From: Acidobacteriota bacterium
GTDB taxonomy: Bacteria; Acidobacteriota; Terriglobia; Terriglobales; Acidobacteriaceae
Length of the DNA stretch: 26,798 bases
Assembly: GCA_003225515.1 (NCBI GenBank)
Contig: QIAK01000285.1
Span: forward strand, 1,289 to 28,086
Direction: 5' to 3'
Position 1 is the stretch's first letter; the number at the start of each line of letters is the position of its first letter. The notes under the pieces are model-generated. The model worked only from the letters and a program-made list of their open reading frames with translations, ran no database searches and was not told where the DNA came from. A program made the translations under genes and the position numbers. This document shows positions 1-9,059 of the stretch, one piece after another.

Positions 1-1
1 T

Positions 2-526
2 TACGAATGTGGCTTGCCTCTGAATCAGCGGGCGCCGCACCGCACAGGGTCCGACCTGAAAGTGGGCAGCGAGCCGCGGATTTTTCCCTTGATGGTGCAA
101 GGGCCACTGGCCCTGACGGCGGGGGGAAGTCGCGGTCTGCGCATTGAGAATGGCGCGCTGGTGGCGTCGAATCCGCCAAGTTTAGATCGGTTACGGCTAT
201 GGAAGCAGGCAGCAATCTCGGTTAAGGGCCGCGAAGACTGGCTGTTCATCAAATTGCATTGCCACTCAATGGATCCGACGCAGGGAAATGCAGTTCTGGG
301 TGAGGGCATGCGTTCGTTTTTATGCGACCTAGTTTCTGGAGCGCGAGAACGGCAAGAGACTCTGCATTTTACTTCCGCGCGAGAGATGGTGAACATCGCG
401 CTGGCAGCCTGCGATGGCCGGGAAGGAAATCCTGGAGAGTATCGTGACTATCGCCTGAAGCGGGCGCGCGAAAAGCAAACGAGTGGGCAGCAGTTGAAAA
501 AGTCCGAAGCAGTTCTGAAAGGTTAG
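2..526 (+). CDS. 5'-truncated conserved hypothetical protein of polysaccharide loci (possibly divergent deacetylase/hydrolase barrel)
   Basis: Frame is open from base 2 (tac gaa tgt ggc ttg = YECGL), so the gene starts outside the window. Motifs WLFIKLHCH and LHFTSAREMVNI. Stop is 4 nt before asnB. Confidence 0.7.
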   Translation, partial: YECGLPLNQRAPHRTGSDLKVGSEPRIFPLMVQGPLALTAGGSRGLRIENGALVASNPPSLDRLRLWKQAAISVKGREDWLFIKLHCHSMDPTQGNAVLGEGMRSFLCDLVSGARERQETLHFTSAREMVNIALAACDGREGNPGEYRDYRLKRAREKQTSGQQLKKSEAVLKG

Positions 527-530
527 CGCA

Positions 531-2471
531 ATGTGCGGAATCGCGGGCATCGTCACTAACGAGACGGGCGGGGTCGACACAGCCACCATCCATCGCATGT
601 GTCAGACCATTGTTCACCGTGGCCCGGATGACGAAGGCATTTTCGTCAAGGATGGAGTCGGCCTGGGCATGCGGCGCCTCAGCATCATCGATCTGGCAGG
701 AGGGCACCAGCCCGTCTTCAACGAAGATCGGAACGTTTGGATCGTCTATAACGGAGAAATTTATAACTTTAAGCAATTGCGGCAAGAGTTGGAAGCCCGT
801 GGCCACCGCTTTGCCAGCAATACCGACACCGAGGCGATCGTTCACTTGTATGAGGATATGGGGGCCGACTGCGTGCAGAAACTGCGCGGCATGTTTGCCT
901 TCGCGATTTATGACGAACGCGAGCGCAAACTACTGCTCGCGCGCGACCGCCTGGGGAAGAAACCGCTTCATTATGCATTTTCGAAAGGTCGACTGCTGTT
1001 TGGGTCGGAAATTAAGTCGATCCTGGAAGTGGCGCCGGAACTGGCTTCACCGATCAACTCCGAGGCTCTTGCCCAATACCTTTACTTCGGTTACATCCCC
1101 GATCCGCTGACGGCGTTCACGTCTATTCAAAAGCTTCCCCCGGGGCACATTCTGGAATTTCAAAATGGCGAGATCCGCACTCGGCAGTATTGGGACTTGC
1201 CTCAATTCGCGACCCATGCTCCTGCCAGCGAAGAGGAGTGTCTCGAAGAACTCGAGCACAAGCTGGCGGAGGCGGTACGCATTCGGCTGATTTCCGATGT
1301 GCCTTTGGGAGCTTTGCTGAGCGGGGGCACGGATTCTTCGACAGTAGTTGCGTTGATGGCTCGCGCCACTTCGGCGCCGGTAAAGACGTTTGCGATCGGG
1401 TTCAAGCATGCCGACTTCAACGAAGCTCACTACGCCAAGATCGTCGCGGAACGATTTGGAACCGATCACCATGAACTGATCCTCGAACCCGACGTGGTGC
1501 AGACGGTGGAGACGTTGACGCATTCCCTCGAGGAGCCGTTTGGAGATTCTTCCATGCTGCCGACTTACTACGTGTCGTGTCTGGCGCGGCAGCATGTGAA
1601 AGTCGCTCTCTCCGGGGATGGAGGCGATGAAGTTTTTGCGGGCTACGATCGCTATGGTATCCAATCGCGTCGCCAGGCTTTCGAGCGCGTACCCGCCTGG
1701 GCGCGTCGTTGGTACCGTGAGAAAGTATATCCGCTACTTCCGCGGAATATGCGGGGGCGCAAATTCTCCTACAACGTTTCCTTGCCCTGGCGCGAGCGCT
1801 ATGTCGATGGCATCTCGTTTGTTCCTGCATTCGAACGGGAAATGCCGCTGCTGTCCGACGATTTCCGCGCATCCCTCAGCGGCAAGAACGACCCGCAACG
1901 TCTGATGTTCGATTATTTTGATCGTGCTCCGGCCCACGACCCTGTGAGCGAGATGCTTTACGTCGACACCAAGACTTATCTCACGGCGGACATTCTGGCG
2001 AAGGTGGACCGGATGAGCATGGCGACCTCTCTGGAAGTCAGGGTGCCGATCCTGGATCACGTATTCCTGGAATGGGTGACCGGACTTCCGCCGGATTGGA
2101 AACTGCGCGGTACAAAACAAAAGTACATTTTCAAAAAACTCGCCGAGCGAGTGGGCGTGCCGAAAGAGGTGCTGTACCGGCGCAAGCAAGGGTTTGCGCT
2201 GCCTCTCGCAGAATGGTTCCGGCACGAACTGAAAGACATGGCATCCACAGTCTTGCTGGAGCCGCGCTCGTTGCAGCGCGGATACTTCAATCCGCAAGGC
2301 GTCCGCCAGATTTTGGCGGAACATTTTGAAGGACGACGCGACCAGTCGGGGCGCATATGGCGGCTATTAATGCTTGAATTGTGGCATCGCAACTTTCTCG
2401 AGGCAGGCAGCCGGGAAAGTTCTCCGGCGTCCGCGGATTATGCCGTGTCTGAGCCTGGGGGCGCGGGATGA
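531..2471 (+). CDS. asnB: Asparagine synthase (glutamine-hydrolysing)-like amidotransferase, copy 1
   Basis: N-terminal nucleophile MCGI; HRGPD, RRLSIIDL, NGEIYN, RDRLGKKPL; ATP-pyrophosphatase motifs LSGGTDSS and SGDGGDE; KVDRMSMA. 646 aa. Confidence 0.95.
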   Translation: MCGIAGIVTNETGGVDTATIHRMCQTIVHRGPDDEGIFVKDGVGLGMRRLSIIDLAGGHQPVFNEDRNVWIVYNGEIYNFKQLRQELEARGHRFASNTDTEAIVHLYEDMGADCVQKLRGMFAFAIYDERERKLLLARDRLGKKPLHYAFSKGRLLFGSEIKSILEVAPELASPINSEALAQYLYFGYIPDPLTAFTSIQKLPPGHILEFQNGEIRTRQYWDLPQFATHAPASEEECLEELEHKLAEAVRIRLISDVPLGALLSGGTDSSTVVALMARATSAPVKTFAIGFKHADFNEAHYAKIVAERFGTDHHELILEPDVVQTVETLTHSLEEPFGDSSMLPTYYVSCLARQHVKVALSGDGGDEVFAGYDRYGIQSRRQAFERVPAWARRWYREKVYPLLPRNMRGRKFSYNVSLPWRERYVDGISFVPAFEREMPLLSDDFRASLSGKNDPQRLMFDYFDRAPAHDPVSEMLYVDTKTYLTADILAKVDRMSMATSLEVRVPILDHVFLEWVTGLPPDWKLRGTKQKYIFKKLAERVGVPKEVLYRRKQGFALPLAEWFRHELKDMASTVLLEPRSLQRGYFNPQGVRQILAEHFEGRRDQSGRIWRLLMLELWHRNFLEAGSRESSPASADYAVSEPGGAG

Positions 2472-4813
2472 TCTCGCCGGCAGGGGACACGAGTTCCGAC
2501 TCGCCCGCCGGCACTGAGAAAGACAGCCGTCCGCCGGTTTTCATGATGATAGAGAGTCTGGAGACGGGTGGCAGCGAACGCCAGTTCGCCGCGCTGGCCC
2601 GCGCTTTGAATCCTCGCTCCTTCCGCCTTTTGTTGGGATGCATCCGTAGAGGCGGCCCGTTCTTAGAGGGGTTGGGGGATGTGCCTCAATTTCCCCTGGG
2701 CGGCAGCCTTTATGGCTTGCAATCGCTGCGCACGCGCTTTCATCTGGCCCGCCATCTGCGCCGAAACAGTGTGCGCATCGCACACTCGTTTGATTTTTAT
2801 TCAAATCTGACCATGATTCCCGCGGCGCGGCTCGCCGGCGTGCCCGTGGTAATTGGAAGCCAGCGCCAGCTGGGCGACCTGCTCAGCCCGGCACAATATC
2901 GAACCCAACTGCAGATGTTTCGCTGGTGCAACATGGTTGTGTGTAACTCAGAAGCGGCGGCGGCGCGGCTGATCGAAGATGGTTTGCCGCAGCGAAAAGT
3001 GACGGTCATCGGAAACGGCTTGCCGCCAAGCGCCTTTTCGAAAGCGAGTGCGGCATTACCTGGTGTTCCCGGGATGCTGCGAGTGGGCATGATTGCCCGC
3101 ATGAATGCCGCCTACAAGAATCATCGCTGCTTTCTCCAAGCGGCTGCCCGGCTGGTAAAGAAAGTTCAAGGCGTGGAGTTCGTTTTGATCGGCGACGGTC
3201 CCTTGCGTCCGGAGTTTGAGCGCATGGCTGCGGAATTAGAAATCCGGGAGCGGGTTCAATTCCTCGGAGACCGGCGCGACATTCCGGCCGTACTCGGCGC
3301 GATGGACGTGACAGTTCTGCCCTCTGATTCTGAAAGCTTGTCCAATGTGGTGCTGGAATCGATGGCGGCAGGGGTTCCAGTCGTGGCATCGGCGGTCGGA
3401 GGCAACATCGAACTGCTGTCCGGCGAGCGCGGCGTGCTGGTACCCAGGAACGATGACGCGGAGTTAGCGGCTGCCCTGGAGCGGCTCCTGCTCAATCCTG
3501 AATTAAGGGCGAAACTAGCCGATGAAGCGAAGAATTTCGTGCAAGCGAACTACGGCATGAAACATGTGCAAGAGAGCTATGAAGCGCTGTACCGCGAGCA
3601 GTTGGCCAGGAAAAATGTGGGTCCGGCGTACTCGCCTGTTCCTCTGTCGCGTCCTTCTACACCGAAGCGCCTGCGCGTGGCAATAGTGGCTCCAACTTTG
3701 CGTTGGGTAGGTGGACAAGCGGTGCAGGCGGATCTACTGTTGCGGAATTGGAAAAATGACCGGGATGTGGAAGCAGTCTTTATTCCGGCTGATCCGCGCT
3801 TACCCGCCGGTCTGAGGTGGATCGAACGCATTCCTTTTCTACGCACCATCGTGCGCGAGCCATTGTATAGCTTGAAGCTATGGCATGGATTGAAGGATGT
3901 GGATATCGCTCACATCTTTTCCGCTTCATACTGGTCGTTTCTGTTGGCCCCGGCGCCCGCCTGGTTCATAGCGCGGTTACGCGGCAAAAAAATGCTCATC
4001 AACTACCGCAGCGGAGAAGCGCGCGACCATCTCCAGCGATTCCGCAGTGCAAGTTTTGTGCTGCGGAGAGCGGATCGCCTGGTGACCCCTTCCCAATACT
4101 TAGTCGACGTGTTTCGCGAATTCGGCCTGGAAGCGCAGGCTGTGCCCAATCTAGTCGATCTGTCGCAGTTTTCTTTTCGCCTTCGTAAGCCGCTGCGGCC
4201 GCATCTGGTGTGCACGCGCGGCTTTCATCCCTATTACAGCGTCGACGTCGTGGTGCGCGCCTTCGCCGAAGTTCTGAAAAGTTATCCTGAAGCTCGTCTC
4301 GACTTAGTTGGCGGAGGGCCGATGGAAGTGGAAATTCGGGCTTTGGTCGCCGACCTGAAGTTAGCCGGAGTGAGTTTTACAGGCGTGGCTTCGCGGAACG
4401 AAATCGGGCGTCACTATGACCGCGCGGACATCTTCATCAATGCGTCCTGCATCGATAATATGCCGGTGTCCCTTCTGGAGGCATTTGCATCTGGAACGCC
4501 GGTGGTCAGCACGGCGCCGGAAGGAATCCGATACCTGGTGGAGGATGGCCGCACCGGACTTCTTTCGCAGCCGGGGGATGCCCAGGCCTTAGCCGCGAAC
4601 GTGATTCGATTGCTGAATGAGCCGGAGCTCGCGAGCCAGTTGATCGCGAATGCTTTCGAGCAGTCCAAGCAATACCATTGGGATGCAGTGCGTGAGCAAT
4701 GGCTTGCGGTTTACCGTTCCATGCTGGGTAGCGCAGTCCGGCCAGCAAGGAACTCCCCGGATCCGGTGGCAGAGCCGGCGGAGCTTGCTGAGCCTGTGAA
4801 TCCCAACCGATGA
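2468..4813 (+). CDS. Tandem two-domain GT4 (GT-B) glycosyltransferase fusion
   Basis: Domain 1: GGSERQ...GDGPLR...ESLSNVVLE (EX7E) GVPVVAS. Pro-rich linker near 3615-3670. Domain 2: GGQAVQA...DNMPVSLLE (DX7E) GTPVVST. ATGA overlap with the asnB stop. Confidence 0.92.
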   Translation: MISPAGDTSSDSPAGTEKDSRPPVFMMIESLETGGSERQFAALARALNPRSFRLLLGCIRRGGPFLEGLGDVPQFPLGGSLYGLQSLRTRFHLARHLRRNSVRIAHSFDFYSNLTMIPAARLAGVPVVIGSQRQLGDLLSPAQYRTQLQMFRWCNMVVCNSEAAAARLIEDGLPQRKVTVIGNGLPPSAFSKASAALPGVPGMLRVGMIARMNAAYKNHRCFLQAAARLVKKVQGVEFVLIGDGPLRPEFERMAAELEIRERVQFLGDRRDIPAVLGAMDVTVLPSDSESLSNVVLESMAAGVPVVASAVGGNIELLSGERGVLVPRNDDAELAAALERLLLNPELRAKLADEAKNFVQANYGMKHVQESYEALYREQLARKNVGPAYSPVPLSRPSTPKRLRVAIVAPTLRWVGGQAVQADLLLRNWKNDRDVEAVFIPADPRLPAGLRWIERIPFLRTIVREPLYSLKLWHGLKDVDIAHIFSASYWSFLLAPAPAWFIARLRGKKMLINYRSGEARDHLQRFRSASFVLRRADRLVTPSQYLVDVFREFGLEAQAVPNLVDLSQFSFRLRKPLRPHLVCTRGFHPYYSVDVVVRAFAEVLKSYPEARLDLVGGGPMEVEIRALVADLKLAGVSFTGVASRNEIGRHYDRADIFINASCIDNMPVSLLEAFASGTPVVSTAPEGIRYLVEDGRTGLLSQPGDAQALAANVIRLLNEPELASQLIANAFEQSKQYHWDAVREQWLAVYRSMLGSAVRPARNSPDPVAEPAELAEPVNPNR

Positions 4814-5469
4814 GCCTATCTCTTGAAAGAATCCGTGCTCCGCGTAAATATGCGAGAGCATTGCGGTGGTGCAGCGCGCTATTGGGATGCGTTCTCCTGC
4901 TTGCGGGGCTATTAATGCACTGGGGAGGCCGCCTGCTGGAGTCGAGCGATCCGCTTTCTGCGCACGCCGATGCGGCCATTGTGCTCGAGGGATCTTGGCT
5001 GGGAGAACGAACCCGGTTGGCTGGAGCAATGCAACTGCTGCAGCAAGGGCTACCGTCACGCGTGCTGTTGCCGCTTCCGCCCGAATCCTACTGGGGCGAT
5101 CCTGTGACTCCTATGGCTCGGCATTTCCTGGACACAAACTACGGCCATGAGCTTTCGGAGCGGGTCGATTTCTGCGACATAGGTCCGGACGTAGATTCGA
5201 CAAAGCAAGAGGCTCACCGGATTGGCGAATGCATTCGGGATCACCATTGGGCAAGCATTATTGTTGTGACGTCGAACTATCACACACGCCGGGCAGGAAT
5301 TATATGGCGCAGGATGATGCGAAAGGAAAATCCGGCGCTGCAGATTTCAGTGTATGGCGTTGCGGATCAGGATTTCCGGGCGGAGGGCTGGTGGCGGAAA
5401 CGGCTTTGGGCCAAGACCTGGCTGATGGAGTTCACGAAGCTGATTTGGGCAGAGACCTTCGGGCGCTAG
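4810..5469 (+). CDS. YdcF/ElyC-like (DUF218) membrane-anchored protein
   Basis: N-terminal hydrophobic helix (ALLGCVLLLAGLLM); ADAAIVLEG, STKQEA, IIVVTSNYHTRRA motifs. ATGA overlap with the GT stop. Confidence 0.85.
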   Translation: MSLSLERIRAPRKYARALRWCSALLGCVLLLAGLLMHWGGRLLESSDPLSAHADAAIVLEGSWLGERTRLAGAMQLLQQGLPSRVLLPLPPESYWGDPVTPMARHFLDTNYGHELSERVDFCDIGPDVDSTKQEAHRIGECIRDHHWASIIVVTSNYHTRRAGIIWRRMMRKENPALQISVYGVADQDFRAEGWWRKRLWAKTWLMEFTKLIWAETFGR

Positions 5470-5504
5470 CGCACTTTGAAATCGACTCCGGACGGTGCCA
5501 GCAT

Positions 5505-7460
5505 TCACGGGGTAGAAGCCAGATCGGCTTTCCGATCTTGCATTTCGAAATCGTGGGAATCGCCTTCCAGACAGACTCGATGCCAGAGTTCCAGATTCAG
5601 CAGTCGCCAGATGCGGTCGTAATGATCGCGATGGTGGGCGCGATGTTCATGAAACAAGCGCTCGACTGCCGCGCGCCGAAAAAGACCACGAGCCATGCTG
5701 CGTGGTTCCAGAAGAAGTTGCTCAATATTATCGAGATGCGGACCAGCAAGCCAGCCACTCCACGGGGTAGGGAAGCCCAATTTCGGACGATAGATAATCG
5801 AATTCGGGAGAAGGTCCTCCATAGCTTTTTTCAAGATGTGCTTGCCTGAAAGCCCGTTGAGTTGATGGCTGCGCGGGATGTTGACGGCGAACTCGACCAG
5901 TTCGTGATCGAGGAATGGCACACGGCTCTCAATGGAGGCGGCCATGCTCATGTTGTCCTGTTTCATCAATAGCTCAACCAGATAGGTCTTGATGTCGGTG
6001 TAGAGCAAGCGCTGCAGCATCTCGCCAGAAGAGCTTTCCCAGGCCTCGAGTACATGGGTATAGGCCGATTCCGAGGAGAACTGTGAGGCAGTTTCTTCCG
6101 ACAACAACGCAGTCTGATCTTTCTCGCCGAATGCCGAGAAGAAATTATCGAAATAGAAAGAAGCCCAGGAAGAGCGGTCGAGAGCGAGGAAGGTGTGGCT
6201 GAGTTTGCGGCGGGCGGTGGCGCCGATCAAGTTTGAATCGGAAATCGATTGCCGTATTTTTCTGCGGAAGAAACCGGGCATCACTCGCCGGTAAACATCG
6301 TCCCAGGCGGTGTTTTTTAAGGTAAACGCGTACCGCGAGTATCCGCCCAAAGTTTCGTCGCTGCCTTCGCCGGTCAAAACTACTTTCACGCGGCTGCGAG
6401 CGAGTTCGGCGACAAAGTAAAGAGCCACGCTGGAGGGCCACGCGATGGGTTCGTCCTCGTGCCAGATCAGCTTGGGCAGGGAATCAAAAAAATCCTGCCG
6501 GCTGAGCAGCACTTCATGATGAATCGAATTTATGTGCTGGGCCACGACCCGCGCATAAGGGAGTTCACTATAGTTGGTCTCGGTGTAGCCGACAGAGAAA
6601 CTCTCGACCGGCGTGCCGCGAAGTTTGGTCATCAATGCAGCCACAGCGCTCGAATCCAGGCCGCCACTGAGAAAGACCCCGAGAGGAACATCACTCATCA
6701 AATGGCTGCCGACCGCCTGTTCGAGACGTTCGCGGTAGGCATCGACGTAATACGACTGTGGGTGTGCCTCAGTCTCGCCGTGAAGCGGCAGGTCCCAGTA
6801 GCGAGAGATTTTTATTTCGCCGTCTTCCTTTAGCTCGAGTGTGTGCCCCGGCATCAGCTTCTTGATTCCGGAATAAAAAGTGTCCTCTCCGGAAAGATAG
6901 CCAAAGGCCAGATACTCGGGCAGACCTTTTGAATTGAATTCGGCAGGGACGCCTGGATGAGCGAGAATCACCTTGATTTCCGAGCCGAAAAGAAATGACT
7001 TGGACGTAAGCCGGTAATAAAGGGGCTTGATGCCCAAACGATCGCGGGCCACGAAAAGCGTCCGCCGGCGGGTATCCCAGATGGCAAAGGCGAACATGCC
7101 GCTCAAGTGCCGAACACAATCGCTGCCGTACTGTTCGTAGAGATGTACGATGGTTTCGGTATCGCTGTGAGTGGTGTAACGATGGCCTTTTTGAACGAGC
7201 TGTTCACGGAGCGATGCGTGGTTGTAAATCTCTCCATTGAAAACGATCCACAGAGTGCCGTCTTCATTGCTGATGGGCTGGTGGCCCGTAGCCAGATCGA
7301 TGATGCTCAGGCGGCGCATTCCCAAGCCCACGGCACCATCGGTGTAGACGCCTTCATCATCGGGGCCGCGGTGGGCCATGGCTCGGCACATCTGGCGCAC
7401 CGTGGCAGGATCGACCTGCTCATTCCTCGAAAACCGGACGACACCGGCAATTCCACACAT
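5505..7460 (-). CDS. asnB: Asparagine synthase (glutamine-hydrolysing)-like amidotransferase, copy 2
   Basis: MCGIAG, HRGPD, RRLSIIDL, FNGEIYN, RDRLGIKPL, LSGGLDSS, TGEGSDE, KQDNMSMA. GGGAGA RBS upstream. 651 aa. Confidence 0.95.
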   Translation of the reverse strand: MCGIAGVVRFSRNEQVDPATVRQMCRAMAHRGPDDEGVYTDGAVGLGMRRLSIIDLATGHQPISNEDGTLWIVFNGEIYNHASLREQLVQKGHRYTTHSDTETIVHLYEQYGSDCVRHLSGMFAFAIWDTRRRTLFVARDRLGIKPLYYRLTSKSFLFGSEIKVILAHPGVPAEFNSKGLPEYLAFGYLSGEDTFYSGIKKLMPGHTLELKEDGEIKISRYWDLPLHGETEAHPQSYYVDAYRERLEQAVGSHLMSDVPLGVFLSGGLDSSAVAALMTKLRGTPVESFSVGYTETNYSELPYARVVAQHINSIHHEVLLSRQDFFDSLPKLIWHEDEPIAWPSSVALYFVAELARSRVKVVLTGEGSDETLGGYSRYAFTLKNTAWDDVYRRVMPGFFRRKIRQSISDSNLIGATARRKLSHTFLALDRSSWASFYFDNFFSAFGEKDQTALLSEETASQFSSESAYTHVLEAWESSSGEMLQRLLYTDIKTYLVELLMKQDNMSMAASIESRVPFLDHELVEFAVNIPRSHQLNGLSGKHILKKAMEDLLPNSIIYRPKLGFPTPWSGWLAGPHLDNIEQLLLEPRSMARGLFRRAAVERLFHEHRAHHRDHYDRIWRLLNLELWHRVCLEGDSHDFEMQDRKADLASTP

Positions 7461-7515
7461 GATCGCTCAATCTCCCGAGAAGGAAGAACTCTTTCCTCTT
7501 CCAGTCTGCCCTAAA

Positions 7516-7547
7516 TTGCGCAAAGCTGCCAATTTGTTATTCTGAAT
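7516..7547 (+). promoter_or_regulatory. Candidate sigma70 promoter for the dehydrogenase/GNAT/sulfotransferase unit
   Basis: TTGCGC (7516-7521), 16-nt spacer, then extended -10 TG-t-TATTCT (7535-7543), in the divergent intergenic region. Confidence 0.35.
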
Positions 7548-7730
7548 GACGAGTGAACGTGCCCACTACTGTTCTATCGAGGGAACCGCTGTGAGCGCCG
7601 GAAGGACCGGCAGTTGTCTCTTACTCCGCCGGGTCCTGCGCCGAAAAGCCGGCACATTGAGAGCAGTTGTCCTTCTTTCTCTACACAGCATCAACATCCG
7701 ATTTGAAGCTTTGACCGGGGAGCAAAGAAC

Positions 7731-9053
7731 GTGAGCGTGTCTATCAGTTTGTTTGGCTTGGGATACGTCGGCTCGGTGAGCGCCGCCTGCTTTGTGCACA
7801 TGGGGCATCGTGTCATCGGAGTTGATGTCAGTCCCGCCAAAGTGGAGATGTTAGGTTCGGGGCGGAGTCCGATCATTGAAGCCAGCATGAGCGATCTGGT
7901 CTCTGAAGGTCACGCCGCCGGCCGGCTTGAGGCCACGACCGATGCGGCGAAAGCAGTCATGCAGTCCGACCTCTCTTTTGTGTGTGTCGGTACTCCGAGT
8001 CTGAGGAGTGGAAAACTTGACCTGAGCCACATTGAAAAGGTGGCGGGTGAAATCGGCGAAGCTCTACGGGGCAAGAAGAGTCATCACGTGGTGGTTCTGC
8101 GCAGTACGGTGTTGCCGGGAACAACGCAATCGGTGTTGATTCCTATCCTGGAGAAAACCAGTGGCCGTCGTCACGGAACCGACTTCACAGTTTGCTACAA
8201 CCCGGAATTCATGCGCGAGGGCAGCGCGGTGGCCGATTTTCTGCACCCACCGTATACCATTCTGGGCGCGGTCGACGCCCAGCATCTGGCACCGCTGAAA
8301 AATCTCTATAAAGATGTTCCCAGTCCGGTTTTTGAAACCAGCATCCCGGTCGCCGAGATGGTGAAGTACGTTTCGAATGTCTTTCATGCCGTGAAGGTCG
8401 GGTTCGCCAATGAGATCGGGACACTCTGCAAGCATCTGGGAGTTGATAGCGAGGCTGTAACGAAAATATTCACCTCGGATCACAAGCTCAATATCTCGCC
8501 CGCCTATCTTTCGCCGGGATTTGCGTACGGAGGATCGTGCCTGCCTAAAGATCTGCGCGCGATTACTCACCGGGCGAAGGAGTTGGATTTAACTTTGCCA
8601 CTCCTGGAGGCGCTGACTCCCAGCAATGCCGAACACGTGAACCGGGCTGTGGACCTGGTTTTGCGCACGAATTGCAGGAAAATCGCCATGCTCGGCCTGA
8701 GCTTTAAAGCAGGGACGGATGACTTGCGCGAGAGTCCACAAGTGCAATTGATCAAGCGGTTGTTGGGAGAAGGCTGCCAGGTGAAAGTCTGGGACAAGGA
8801 TGTTTCACTGGGCCGACTGGCAGGATCGAACCGCCAATATATCGAGGACGTGATTCCCCATATCGGATCGTTACTGTCAGCCGATCTTCAAGAAGTTGTG
8901 CGCTACGGCGAGGTGGTGATCGTGGGCACGAAGTCGGTGGAAAAGAGCCAGTTGGAGAACTGCCTTGGCCCGAAGCAGATCATTATCGACCTCGTGAATC
9001 TCGATCGGACGCGCCGCTTTGGCGGGGGATCGAATGAAGGGATCTGCTGGTAG
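7731..9053 (+). CDS. algD: UDP-glucose/GDP-mannose 6-dehydrogenase family, AlgD-like
   Basis: GLGYVG Rossmann motif, CVGTPS, NPEFMREG, catalytic GGSCLPKD (Cys codon 8538), GLSFKAGTDDLRESP, and C-terminal EGICW as I recall for Pseudomonas AlgD. GTG start. Substrate not proven. Confidence 0.85.
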   Translation: MSVSISLFGLGYVGSVSAACFVHMGHRVIGVDVSPAKVEMLGSGRSPIIEASMSDLVSEGHAAGRLEATTDAAKAVMQSDLSFVCVGTPSLRSGKLDLSHIEKVAGEIGEALRGKKSHHVVVLRSTVLPGTTQSVLIPILEKTSGRRHGTDFTVCYNPEFMREGSAVADFLHPPYTILGAVDAQHLAPLKNLYKDVPSPVFETSIPVAEMVKYVSNVFHAVKVGFANEIGTLCKHLGVDSEAVTKIFTSDHKLNISPAYLSPGFAYGGSCLPKDLRAITHRAKELDLTLPLLEALTPSNAEHVNRAVDLVLRTNCRKIAMLGLSFKAGTDDLRESPQVQLIKRLLGEGCQVKVWDKDVSLGRLAGSNRQYIEDVIPHIGSLLSADLQEVVRYGEVVIVGTKSVEKSQLENCLGPKQIIIDLVNLDRTRRFGGGSNEGICW

Positions 9054-9059
9054 CCCGAG

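Noticed and set aside
531-7460. Housekeeping asparagine biosynthesis role for the asnB genes
   Set aside because: Duplication and tight coupling to a glycosyltransferase favour glycan amidation. Not formally excluded.
7513-7535. Sigma54 promoter on the minus strand (TTGGCAGCTTTGCGC)
   Set aside because: GG-to-GC spacing is 7 or 9 nt, not the required 10.
7731-9053. Alginate biosynthesis operon
   Set aside because: No alg8, alg44, algK, algE or algG-like genes. The context is Wzx/GT4.
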